A stretch of DNA of 64,000 nt, taken from the NCBI RefSeq assembly GCF_047121295.1, contig NZ_CP139447.1, positions 3,298,665 to 3,362,664 of the forward strand, written 5' to 3'. Source of the DNA: Longispora sp. K20-0274. GTDB lineage: Bacteria; Actinomycetota; Actinomycetes; Mycobacteriales; Micromonosporaceae. The notes below the pieces were generated by a model. It did not search any database, had not been told where the DNA came from, and saw only the letters and a list, made by a program, of their open reading frames with translations. Positions 19,720 through 29,670 of this stretch are shown here, piece after piece; position 1 is the stretch's first letter; each line of letters opens with the position of its first letter. A program made the position numbers and the translations under genes.

Positions 19720-20967
19720 TCACGGCCGGGGCTCCGGGCCGACGTACGTGCCCTGGTAGCGGAACCGCAGGCCCGGCTCCTCGTACTCCTCCAGGGCGTG
19801 CGCGATCCACCCCGCCGTCCGGGCCAGCGCGAACACCGCCTCCCCGGCGTCCGGGACCATCCCACACACGTGCGCGAGGACGGCCAGGGCGAACTCGATG
19901 TTCGGCAACCGGGGCGAGCGGCCACCGGCGGCGGCGAGCAGCCCGTCCACGGCCGCCCGGACCCCCGGCGGGGTGGGCACGCGAGCGAGGAGCCGCAGCA
20001 GTGCCCGGGCCCGGACGTCGCCCTCGGGGTACAGCGGGTGCGCGCCCGGGAAGAAGCCCTCGACGCGGCCCTCGACGCGCAGCCGCTCGGCGTACACGCC
20101 GAAGGGGTCCTTCGTGGTGATCGCGTCGGCGAGGAGCCGGTGGGCCTGGGTCGCGGCGGCGCCGTGCAGGGGGCCGTCGAACGCGCTCAGGCCGGCGGCG
20201 ACCACGGCGTAGGGGTGCGCGCGGGCGGAGGCGGCGACCCGGGCGGCGAACGTGGAGGCGGCCAGGTCGTGGTCGGCGAGCAGGACGAGGGCGGCGTTCA
20301 GCGCGCGGACCGCGCCGGCGGACGGCGGCTGGGACGTGAGGCGGGGCCACAGCCGGGCGGCGAGGGAGTCGCCCCCGTCGGGGGCCGGCCCGGTGCCGGC
20401 GGACGTCGGGCCGGTCGGCGTCGGGCCGAGTCGGGGGAGCGCGTCGACCATCGTGGCCAGCAGTGCCGCCCCGGTCCCGGCGACCGCGTCCGGCTGGATG
20501 TTGAACCGCTCCGGATCCGCCGAGGACGCCACGGCCACGATTACCCGCAGCCGGTCGGTGAGCCGGGTCCCCGCCGGCAGCGGCGCGGTCGCGGCCCGCG
20601 CGAGGTCGACCAGCCGGGCCGGCGCCGCGAACCGGGCGTCCGGATCGGGTGTTTCCGACCACAGCAGCGTCGCCACGGACTCGAAGCTGTGCCCCTCGGC
20701 GAGCTCCGCCGCGTCCAGCCCCCGGTAGCGCAGCCGGCCGTCGCGGATCAGCGTCAGGGCCGTCCGGACCACCGGCCCGGTCTCCCGCACCGGCCGGTTG
20801 CGCGAGCCCCGCGCGGCGAGTTGTTCCACCTCAGCGGGGTCGAACAGGCTGCCCCGGCCGTCCTTCGCCCGGGTGCTGTGCAGGAGTCCCCGGCTGACGT
20901 ACGCGTACACCGTCTCGGGTTTGACGCCGAGTCGCGCGGCGGCCTGGTCGGTCGTGAGCTGATCCAC
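19720..20967 (-). CDS. Citrate-synthase-like protein with N-terminal MerR/excisionase-type HTH
   Basis: N-terminal HTH (LTTDQAAARLGVKPETVYAYVSRGLL) fused to a citrate-synthase fold segment (...PNIEFALAVL...GWIAHALEEYEEP). Confidence 0.75.
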   Translation of the reverse strand: MDQLTTDQAAARLGVKPETVYAYVSRGLLHSTRAKDGRGSLFDPAEVEQLAARGSRNRPVRETGPVVRTALTLIRDGRLRYRGLDAAELAEGHSFESVATLLWSETPDPDARFAAPARLVDLARAATAPLPAGTRLTDRLRVIVAVASSADPERFNIQPDAVAGTGAALLATMVDALPRLGPTPTGPTSAGTGPAPDGGDSLAARLWPRLTSQPPSAGAVRALNAALVLLADHDLAASTFAARVAASARAHPYAVVAAGLSAFDGPLHGAAATQAHRLLADAITTKDPFGVYAERLRVEGRVEGFFPGAHPLYPEGDVRARALLRLLARVPTPPGVRAAVDGLLAAAGGRSPRLPNIEFALAVLAHVCGMVPDAGEAVFALARTAGWIAHALEEYEEPGLRFRYQGTYVGPEPRP

Positions 20968-21034
20968 GTCGTCATCCTCTCACATTGACTAGTCAACATT
21001 GACAACTCATGGCGAGTGGGGCGACAGTCGGGGC

Positions 21035-22171
21035 ATGGCACACACAATTGACGTCCCCCGGGGACTGGCCGGCGTGATCGTGACCGACACGACGATCGGT
21101 GACGTCCGGGGCCTGGAGGGCTTCTACCACTACCGGGAGTACTCGGCGATCGAGCTCGCCCGCACCCGGAGCATCGAGGACGTGTGGCAGCTCCTCCTCG
21201 ACGGCTCGCTGCCCGACCAGGCGCGCCGGGTGGCCTTCGCCGCCGAGATCGCGCCGCTGCGCCGGATCCCCGACCAGCTCCGCCCGCTGCTCGGGCCGAT
21301 CGCCCGGGTGTCCACCCCGCTGGAGGGCCTGCGCACCGCCCTGTCGCTCGCCGGCTCGCTGCACGGCGTCCGCCCGCTGCTGGACACCGGCCCCGAGGCC
21401 CGCCGCGCCGACGCGCTGTTCGCCTGCGCGCTGACCCCGACCCTGCTCACGGCCCTGCACCGGGTCCGCAACGGCCAGCTGCCGATCGAGCCCCGCGAGG
21501 ACCTGTCCTACGCCGCCAACTACCTGTACATGCTCACCGGCGCCGAGCCCGAGGAGGCGCACGCCCGGGCCGTGGAGTCCTACCTGATCTCCACGATCGA
21601 CCACGGCTTCAACGCGTCCACGTTCACCGCCCGGGTGATCGCCTCCACCGGCGCCGACCTGGTCGCCTGCCTGGTCGGCGCCCTCGGCTCGCTGTCCGGC
21701 CCGCTGCACGGCGGCGCGCCCAGCCGGGCCCTGGACACCCTCGACGCGATCGGCACCCCGGACCGGATCGACCCGTGGATCCGTGACCGGGTACTCGCCG
21801 GGGAGCGCATCATGGGCTTCGGCCACCCGGTGTACCGCACCGACGACCCGCGCTCCGTCATGCTCCGCGAGATCGCCCAGGGCATCGGCGGTCCGCTCGT
21901 GGACTTCGCGGTCCAGGTCGAGGCGCGGGTGCTCGACATCCTCGCCGAGCTGAAGCCCGGCCGGGAGCTGTTCACCAACGTGGAGTTCTACGCCGGGGTG
22001 GTGATGGAGCTGTGCGGGCTGCCCCGGGAGATGTTCACGCCGACGTTCGCGTCGAGCCGGGTGATCGGGTGGTGCGCGAACATCCTGGAGCAGGCGGCGG
22101 ACACGAAGATCATCCGGCCGGCCGCGCGGTACGTGGGGCCCGTGCCGCCGGTGCCGGTGCCCACCCGCTGA
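21035..22171 (+). CDS. Citrate synthase / 2-methylcitrate synthase family protein
   Basis: Conserved citrate synthase catalytic region (GFGHPVYRTDDPR, NVEFYAGVVM, RVIGWCANILEQ). Divergent from the HTH-citrate-synthase-like gene. Confidence 0.8.
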   Translation: MAHTIDVPRGLAGVIVTDTTIGDVRGLEGFYHYREYSAIELARTRSIEDVWQLLLDGSLPDQARRVAFAAEIAPLRRIPDQLRPLLGPIARVSTPLEGLRTALSLAGSLHGVRPLLDTGPEARRADALFACALTPTLLTALHRVRNGQLPIEPREDLSYAANYLYMLTGAEPEEAHARAVESYLISTIDHGFNASTFTARVIASTGADLVACLVGALGSLSGPLHGGAPSRALDTLDAIGTPDRIDPWIRDRVLAGERIMGFGHPVYRTDDPRSVMLREIAQGIGGPLVDFAVQVEARVLDILAELKPGRELFTNVEFYAGVVMELCGLPREMFTPTFASSRVIGWCANILEQAADTKIIRPAARYVGPVPPVPVPTR

Positions 22172-22190
22172 GCCCGGACCCCGGGGCGGG

Positions 22191-23030
22191 TCAGGCGGGC
22201 CCGACCGGTTCCTCCAGGCTGCCGAACCGGGCCAGCGCCAGGCACCCGCCCAGCGCGAGCGCGAACCCGGCCACCGCCACCGGCCCGAACCCGGCCCGGG
22301 TGCCGTCCCCGAACACCAGCACCCCGAGCACCGACGGCAGCACGGTCTCCCCGATCACGAGCCCGGCCGTGACCGTGGTGACCGCGCCCCGTTGCAGCCC
22401 GGTCGTCAGGTACACGAAGGCGACCGCCCCGGCGAGCACCAGCGCGTATACGGCGGGGTCGCGGACCAGGCGTCCCGGGTCGAACGCGGTCACCGACCGG
22501 GCGGCCAGCGCCACGACCCCGAACGCGAGCCCCGCGACCAGCCCGAGGGCCGCCGAGCGGGCCCGGACGGGCAGCCGCAGGGCCGCCAGGCCGGCCACGC
22601 CCAGGGCCACGGCGGTCGGCAGGAGCGCGATCCGGAACGCCGTCGACGCGTGCCGGGCGCTCTCGGCCCCGGCGGACAGGCCCAGCAGGGCCAGCCCGCC
22701 GCACACGGCCCCGACGGCCGCCCACTGCGGGCCGGTCAGCTTCAGCCGGAGCACCATGGTCGCCACGACGGCGGTCACCGCGAGGCTGGCCGCGAGCGCC
22801 GCCTGTACCACGAACACGGGTTGTGACCGCAGGGCCCAGAACTGGAATCCGAACCCGGCGCCGTCCAGCGCGAGGCCGAGCAGGAACGGGGTCTGCCGCA
22901 TCACCCGCACGACGAGCCTGGGGTCGACGCCCTCGCCGGCGGGGGTGGCCCGGGCGGCGACTGCCTGCAGCACGGAGGCCACGCCGTAGCAGATCGCGGC
23001 GAGGATCGCGGCGACCAGTCCCCAGCTCAT
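22191..23030 (-). CDS. Integral membrane protein of unknown function (about 9 TM, DMT/EamA-like)
   Basis: Hydrophobic helices throughout. Confidence 0.5.
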   Translation of the reverse strand: MSWGLVAAILAAICYGVASVLQAVAARATPAGEGVDPRLVVRVMRQTPFLLGLALDGAGFGFQFWALRSQPVFVVQAALAASLAVTAVVATMVLRLKLTGPQWAAVGAVCGGLALLGLSAGAESARHASTAFRIALLPTAVALGVAGLAALRLPVRARSAALGLVAGLAFGVVALAARSVTAFDPGRLVRDPAVYALVLAGAVAFVYLTTGLQRGAVTTVTAGLVIGETVLPSVLGVLVFGDGTRAGFGPVAVAGFALALGGCLALARFGSLEEPVGPA

Positions 23031-23230
23031 GGCCCGATCCTACGGCGTGGTCGCCGACCGGGAAGCCGTTCCGGCGCGGCGCCCGCCGGGGCCCGGAAGG
23101 CGGTCCGCGGCAGGGTGCGCCGCGACCCCGACGGGGAGCCGCCAGCCCCACCTCTCATTCCTTTGTGGATTTCCGTCCACGACCTCTCCTGGTCCATAGT
23201 GGCGGTGGTCTATCGAGAGGAATTCCCGTC

Positions 23231-24262
23231 GTGACGACGAGTGCGGACATCGGTACCCCCATGGCGCTCATGGGTCTCATGCAGGGCGTGTGGGCAGCCA
23301 AAACAGTCGCAGTGGCCCACGAGATCGGCGTCTTCGAGCATCTGTCCGACGGCCGGCCCATGGCGCTGGCCGAACTGGCCCGGCTGTGCGACATCGAGCA
23401 CCGGCCGGCCGAGGCGGTGGTGACGACCTGCACCGCCCTGGGGCTCCTGGAATTCGACGGCGCGGAGTGCCGGCTCACCCCGGTCTCCGCCGAGTACCTG
23501 GTGGAGGGCAAACCATACTATTTCGGGCCGGCCGTGGCGCTGTTCGACCACCACTACGCCGGCTGGATGCGCCTCGGCGGCGCGATCCGGACCAACCGTC
23601 CTTCCACCTGGGACGACGAGGCGACCGACACGATCTTCGACCAGGACGACGCGACGTTCAAGCAACGGTTCTGGCAGGGGATGTACGCGATGTCGGCGTA
23701 CACGACCCGGGAGATGGCCCGCGCGCACGACTTCTCGGGGGTGCGCCGCATCCTCGATGTCGGCGGCGGGGTGGGCGCCCACGACATCGAGCTGTGCCGG
23801 CACTACCCGGAGCTGCGCGCCACGGTGTACGACCTGGCGCTCGTCTGCGAGATGACCCAGAAGCGCATCGCCCAGGAGGGGCTGTCGCACCGGGTGTCGG
23901 TGCACCCGGGCGACTTCTTCAAGGACGAGGAGCTGCCCGGCGGGCACGACGCCGTGCTGTTCTCGATGATCCTGCACGACTGGTCGGAGCGGGAGAACCG
24001 GATGCTGCTCGGCAAGGCGTTCGCCGCGCTGCCCTCCGGCGGCACGGTGATGGTCGCCGAGCTGCTCGTCGACGACGACCGGACCGGCCCGCTGCCGGCC
24101 GCCCTGATGGACGTGGCGATGGTCGCCAACACCCGGGAGGGGCGCAACTACACGGCGGGGGAGTACCAGGCCTGGATGCGCGACACCGGCTTCGTCGACG
24201 TGCGCACCGTGCGGTTCGAGGCCCCGGCGGCCAACGGGCTGGTCCTCGGCACGAAGCCCTGA
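23231..24262 (+). CDS. Class I SAM-dependent O-methyltransferase (with N-terminal dimerisation domain)
   Basis: SAM-binding motif LDVGGGVGAH and C-terminal OMT motifs. A GTG start at 23231 was chosen. The track ORF is fused in-frame with upstream low-complexity sequence. Confidence 0.75.
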   Translation: MTTSADIGTPMALMGLMQGVWAAKTVAVAHEIGVFEHLSDGRPMALAELARLCDIEHRPAEAVVTTCTALGLLEFDGAECRLTPVSAEYLVEGKPYYFGPAVALFDHHYAGWMRLGGAIRTNRPSTWDDEATDTIFDQDDATFKQRFWQGMYAMSAYTTREMARAHDFSGVRRILDVGGGVGAHDIELCRHYPELRATVYDLALVCEMTQKRIAQEGLSHRVSVHPGDFFKDEELPGGHDAVLFSMILHDWSERENRMLLGKAFAALPSGGTVMVAELLVDDDRTGPLPAALMDVAMVANTREGRNYTAGEYQAWMRDTGFVDVRTVRFEAPAANGLVLGTKP

Positions 24263-24319
24263 GACGGGGGTGGGTGCCCACCGTTACGTCCTGTTTCACG
24301 CGATGAAGCACGATGAAGG

Positions 24320-25486
24320 ATGGCAGGGGCACCCACCCACCGCGACCCTGGAACAGTGACACGACTCGAAGCGATCCGGCTCGCCGCGCAGGAGCGGGCC
24401 ACAGTGATGGTCGAACAACTCCGCACCCTGGTGGCGCACGAGTCCCCGCCGGAGAGTCCTGAGGAACTCACCGCCTGCGCCGACCTCCTCGACCGGTGGG
24501 GCACGGCGGTCCTCGGCCGCCCCGCGCGCCGGGTCATGCTCGACGGTCTCCCGCACCTGCTCTGGGCGGCCGATGACCAGGCGGTCCTCCTCCTCGGGCA
24601 CTACGACACGGTCTGGCCCGCCGGTACCCACGCCGAGTGGCCCTTCGCCCTCACCGGCGACCGCGCCACCGGGCCGGGCGTGTGCGACATGAAGGCCGGC
24701 ATCGTCCAGATGCTCACCGCCCTCGAACTCGTCGGGGACACCTCCCGGGTCGGCCTGCTGCTGACCTGTGACGAGGAGACCGGCTCCCCGGCGTCCCGGC
24801 CGCTGATCGAGGACCAGGCGGCCCGGTCCGGCGCGGTACTGGTCGGCGAGCCCAGCACCGAGAACGGCGAGCTGAAGGTCGCCCGCAAGGGTGGCTCCGT
24901 CTACCGGATCACGGTGCACGGGCGGGCCGCGCACGCCGGGGTCGAGCCGCACCGGGGGGTCAACGCCTCGGTGGAGGCCGCCCTGCACGTCCTCGCGGTG
25001 CGCGACTTCGCCGCCGACGGTACGAGCGTCACGCCGACCCTGTTCACGTCCGGCACGATGACGAACGTGGTGCCGGAGCGGGCCGAGTTCTGCGTGGACG
25101 TGCGGGCGTGGACCCGGCAGGAACTCGACCGGGTCGACGGCCTGATCCGGGGCCTGACCCCCCGGCTGCCGGGGGCGAGCCTGTCGTTCGGGGGCGGCAT
25201 CAACCGGTACCCGTTGCAGACCGCCGTGTCGGGGCAGCTGCTGGAGCTGGCGCAGCTCGCCGGCAAGGAGATGGGCCTGGCCCCGGTCGACGGGGTGTCG
25301 GCGCCCGGCGCGTCGGACGCGAACTTCACCGGCTCGCTCGGCGTGCCCACGCTGTGCGGCCTGGGCGGGGTCGGCGGCGGCTCGCACGCCCGCGACGAGT
25401 GGGTCGACGTCGCGCGGATGCCCGAGCGCGCGGCGCTGCTCGCCGGGCTCGTGGAGCTGATCCTTAACCCTCCACAGAGGAACTAG
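24320..25486 (+). CDS. M20 family metallopeptidase (ArgE/DapE/CPG2-like)
   Basis: Metal-binding motifs (LLGHYDTV, CDMKAG, DEETGS, HARDEW). Start uncertain: a GTG at 24356 is an alternative. Confidence 0.75.
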   Translation: MAGAPTHRDPGTVTRLEAIRLAAQERATVMVEQLRTLVAHESPPESPEELTACADLLDRWGTAVLGRPARRVMLDGLPHLLWAADDQAVLLLGHYDTVWPAGTHAEWPFALTGDRATGPGVCDMKAGIVQMLTALELVGDTSRVGLLLTCDEETGSPASRPLIEDQAARSGAVLVGEPSTENGELKVARKGGSVYRITVHGRAAHAGVEPHRGVNASVEAALHVLAVRDFAADGTSVTPTLFTSGTMTNVVPERAEFCVDVRAWTRQELDRVDGLIRGLTPRLPGASLSFGGGINRYPLQTAVSGQLLELAQLAGKEMGLAPVDGVSAPGASDANFTGSLGVPTLCGLGGVGGGSHARDEWVDVARMPERAALLAGLVELILNPPQRN

Positions 25487-25580
25487 GGCGTGTCGCGCGC
25501 CCCGTGCGGGCCCGGGACAGTAGCCTGTCGCCGGGCCGGGCCTTCGCCGGCTGTTCGCCGACGAGAAGGTAGCTGCCTGC

Positions 25581-26711
25581 ATGGGTGCCGCGGACGAGTC
25601 GCACCGGACCGGGTCCGGTCCCCGGTTCGGCGTCGAGGAGGAGTTCCTGGTGGTCGACCCGGTGTCCCGGGTCGTCGTGCCACAGGCCGAGGTGGTGATC
25701 CGCCGGGCCCGGGAGCGCCTGGGCGCGCGGGTCTCCGGTGAGCTGACGAAGATGCAACTGGAGACCAGGACCGACCCGTGCGGCTCCGTGAAGGAGCTGC
25801 ACGCGCAGCTCACGGAGGCCCGGGGAGTGCTCGGCGCCTGTGCGGCGGCCGAGGGCGTGCGGGTGGTCGCGACCGGAACCTCGGTCCTTGCGGGTACGGT
25901 GCCGCCGCCGATCACCGAGGGCGCGCGCCAGGACCGGGGCATCGAGAAGTACCGGGGGCTGCACGACGAGCAGGCCATCTGCGCCGTGCACGTGCACGTG
26001 GAGCTGCCCGACCGCGAGCGCGCGCTGAAGGTGAGCAACCACCTGCGGCCGTTCCTGCCGGTGCTGATCACGCTGACGGCGAACTCGCCGTTCTGGGAGG
26101 GCCGCGACAGCGGGTTCGCGAGCTGGCGCACCACCGTCTGGCCCCGCTGGCCGGTCGCCGGCCCGCCGCCGTTCTTCACGTCGGTCGAGCACTTCGACAA
26201 CCTGGTCGACACGTTCCTGACCGCCGGCACCCTGGTCGACATCGGCACCCTGTTCTGGGACATCCGGCCGTCGGCGAACCATCCGACGATCGAGATCCGG
26301 GTCGCCGACGTGCCGATCACGGCCGAGGAGTCGGCGCTGTACGCGGCGCTGGTCCGCGCGCTCGTCGTGCACGTCGGCGCGGCCGTCGACCGGGGCGAGG
26401 ACGGCCCGCAGATCCAGCCGGAGCTGCTGCGCGTGGCGTACTGGCAGGCGGCCCGCGACGGGCTCGGCGGCCAGGGCCTCGACGTGCGCACCGGGCTGCT
26501 GGTGCCGGCCGCCGAGCAGGTCACGGCACTGTTCGACCTGGTCCGGCCCGTGCTGGAGGACAACGGCGACCTGGACCTGGTGTCCGGCTGGCTGCGCCGG
26601 CTGCTCGACGGCGGCACGGGCGCGGCCCGGCAGCGGGCGGCGGCCGGGCGGGCGGGCGACCCGATCGGCGCGGTCGACCACCTCGTGGCGCACACCGCCC
26701 CGCACGACTGA
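25581..26711 (+). CDS. Carboxylate-amine ligase, YbdK/GCS2 family (glutamate-cysteine-ligase family 2)
   Basis: FGVEEEFLVVDP N-terminal motif, HVHVELPD motif, and family-wide conservation. Confidence 0.8.
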   Translation: MGAADESHRTGSGPRFGVEEEFLVVDPVSRVVVPQAEVVIRRARERLGARVSGELTKMQLETRTDPCGSVKELHAQLTEARGVLGACAAAEGVRVVATGTSVLAGTVPPPITEGARQDRGIEKYRGLHDEQAICAVHVHVELPDRERALKVSNHLRPFLPVLITLTANSPFWEGRDSGFASWRTTVWPRWPVAGPPPFFTSVEHFDNLVDTFLTAGTLVDIGTLFWDIRPSANHPTIEIRVADVPITAEESALYAALVRALVVHVGAAVDRGEDGPQIQPELLRVAYWQAARDGLGGQGLDVRTGLLVPAAEQVTALFDLVRPVLEDNGDLDLVSGWLRRLLDGGTGAARQRAAAGRAGDPIGAVDHLVAHTAPHD

Positions 26712-26784
26712 GCAACCTGGAGGAACCGGACGGGCGCGCGGTGCGCGACGCTGGAGGGGATCCCACCTCGACGGGAGGCGTCCC

Positions 26785-27438
<654 letters not shown>

Positions 27439-27532
27439 GGAGATCAAGACCTTTTTCCGGTTACGGTGGTCCCTGCCCCGGCGCGCGTCGGCCCCCGCCG
27501 CACCCGGCCGGCCCGGCCACGCCGCGCGGGGC

Positions 27533-29083
27533 TCAGCCCAGCTGCTCCGTGAAGAACTCCCGCAGCGGGTCGACGTGCCGGTCCTGCCGCCGCCACTCGG
27601 CGAGCAGGTCCTCCAGCAGGTGCTTCTCGGCCACGAGCTCGCCGTGCGAGTACCGCCGGATCACCGGGTGGATGAACGCGCTCTCCCGTGCCCGGTCGGG
27701 CTCGGGGTGCCGTTCGATGGCGAACACGTCCCCGTAGTCGTCGCGGCCCCAGCGCAGCGAGAACGCGTACACGTGCGGCTCGTCGGCGAACCGGGACACG
27801 ACGTAGTCCTCGGGCAGGTCCTCGTAGTGCCGGACCTGCCCGGTCTCCTCGTCGACGACGAGCGCGTCGCACAGGAACTCGAACTGGGTCCACAGCGCCG
27901 AGCTCCAGTTCACCCGGTCCAGCACGAGCGTGGTCAGCGCGTCCGGCTCGGCGGCCACCGCGCCGGGCGAGAGCGGCACATCCTCGTAGCGCTCCCGGAG
28001 CAGCGCGGTGAGGGTGCGCAGGTTGTACCGGAACCCGTCGATGAACGCCGACGACGCCTTCTTGAAGTCCCGGGCCTGGGCGAGGGTGCCGGCGAAGTAC
28101 AGGCCGTCGACGTTGGGGGACTGCCAGTCCGGCCCGGTGGTGGGCATCCGGCCGCTGGCGACGAGCTCCGGCTCGCACCCGGCGTCGAACACGTCGGTGT
28201 CCATGGCGAACCCGGTGCAGCGCAGCACCGACTCGTACTCCAGGGTCGCCGTCTCGCCGTCCGCGTGCGTGTAGGTGATGTCCACCTCGAAGTGGTCCCC
28301 GACGGGGCGGATCTCGTCGATGACGCAGTCGAGCACCGAGTGCAGGGTCTTGAACTGGTAGCTGTCCAGCACCGCCCCGAACTGGCCCCGCACGTCGCCG
28401 GGGTGCTTGGTGTTCCAGGCCAGCCGCAGCGGCCGGGGGCTGGCCAGGTGCACCATGGCCGCGTGCCCGAGGATCGCCGACGCGGTCTCGAACGCCGAGT
28501 TGCCCTTGCCGATGACGAGGACCCGCTGGTTGGCGTAGCGGGCCGGGTCGGTGTCCATCACCTCGTACCCGACGGCGTGTTCGATGCCCCTGATCTTCGG
28601 CACGTTGGGCTTCTGCCAGCCGGTGGCCATGATCAGGCACTCGCAGCGCAGCACTCGGTCGGCGGTGTGCACGAGGAACCCGCCCTCGATCTTCTCGACC
28701 CGGGTGACGTCCACCCCGAACCGCACCGCGAGCTGGTGGTACCGCTGGAAGTCGGCCAGGTAGCGCACGATGTCGTCGGCGTGCGGAAAATAGTCGGTGC
28801 TGTACTTGGCGAACGGCAGATCGGCCGGCTCGTGCAGCAGGGAGTTCCAGTCCCACCGCAGCCGGATCTCCGGGTCCGTACTCCGGGTGTGCACCTTGTT
28901 CAGGGAGATCAGTTTGCGGTGTCGGGGGAACACCCGGAAGAACTCGGCCGGGGCCCCCGTGCGCTCCAGGGTCAGGTAGTCGCTGCCGGCCTGGTGAAGG
29001 TAGTAGCTCAGCTGCACGCCCGCAGGGCCCGCGCCGACAATGATGTACTTGTGGAATTCCTCTGCTCCGCCATCGCGTGACAT
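27533..29083 (-). CDS. FAD/NAD(P)-binding oxidoreductase (flavin-containing / N-hydroxylating monooxygenase-like)
   Basis: Two dinucleotide-binding motifs (IIVGAGPAG; VLVIGKGNSAFETA). An ATG at 29083 was chosen. The track ORF runs further upstream across the tRNA, which is implausible. Confidence 0.75.
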   Translation of the reverse strand: MSRDGGAEEFHKYIIVGAGPAGVQLSYYLHQAGSDYLTLERTGAPAEFFRVFPRHRKLISLNKVHTRSTDPEIRLRWDWNSLLHEPADLPFAKYSTDYFPHADDIVRYLADFQRYHQLAVRFGVDVTRVEKIEGGFLVHTADRVLRCECLIMATGWQKPNVPKIRGIEHAVGYEVMDTDPARYANQRVLVIGKGNSAFETASAILGHAAMVHLASPRPLRLAWNTKHPGDVRGQFGAVLDSYQFKTLHSVLDCVIDEIRPVGDHFEVDITYTHADGETATLEYESVLRCTGFAMDTDVFDAGCEPELVASGRMPTTGPDWQSPNVDGLYFAGTLAQARDFKKASSAFIDGFRYNLRTLTALLRERYEDVPLSPGAVAAEPDALTTLVLDRVNWSSALWTQFEFLCDALVVDEETGQVRHYEDLPEDYVVSRFADEPHVYAFSLRWGRDDYGDVFAIERHPEPDRARESAFIHPVIRRYSHGELVAEKHLLEDLLAEWRRQDRHVDPLREFFTEQLG

Positions 29084-29201
29084 GTTGCGACGATCGCGGA
29101 TGGACAGCCGGGTGTCAACGCGCCGCACGACACGGGTGATCCGAGAGTGACGACCACCCGGCCGGTCGGCCCCCTCAAGCGCCGGCCGGGATGGTCGTTC
29201 G

Positions 29202-29276
29202 AGACAGGGACGGGACTCGAACCCGCGATCTCCAGTTTTGCAGACTGGTGCCTTAGCCGCTCGGCCACCCTGTCGG
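29202..29276 (-). tRNA. tRNA-Cys (anticodon GCA)
   Basis: Hand-folded from the sequence. The acceptor stem GACAGGG/CCCTGTC and a 5-bp anticodon stem CCAGT/ACTGG are perfect, and the 7-nt loop CTGCAAA carries U33-GCA-A37. The T arm is GCGGG-TTCGAGT-CCCGT (one G-U pair) with a 5-nt variable loop, and the discriminator is U73, a Cys identity element. No CCA is encoded. Confidence 0.8.
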
Positions 29277-29670
29277 GGAATTGTTTTCCGGCATGCGAAA
29301 CAGCGGCGTGCCGAATGGTGAAAAGGGAAAAGAAAAACCGCCTCGGAAGACTTCTCCGGGCGGCCGTGGGCACAGGTTTCCCTATGTCGTGACAGGCTCC
29401 CGGAGGGGCGGACAACACCGACAACCGTGCAGCTCAACGCCCAGCGGGAGCGCACGGGGCGCCTCGCTGACCATGTGGGCTTCGCGGTTCATCGTCGTCA
29501 CCTATTCTCTGTCGTCGTGCGGTTAGTCAGAACAGTACCGGCACTATTCGAGGTCCGCAATGGTGTTCGACGACGAATTGTCGAATGACACGTGTTCGCG
29601 GGATGGCGGGCCGGCTGAGGGGCAATTAGGCTCGGCGCGGATGCACAGTGGACAACGGGGACGGGTGGTC

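Noticed and set aside
29277-29560. Looked for integrase/transposase or att repeats next to tRNA-Cys
   Set aside because: No recombinase ORF and no verifiable duplicate of the tRNA 3' end were found within the window. Only the compositional anomaly was reported.
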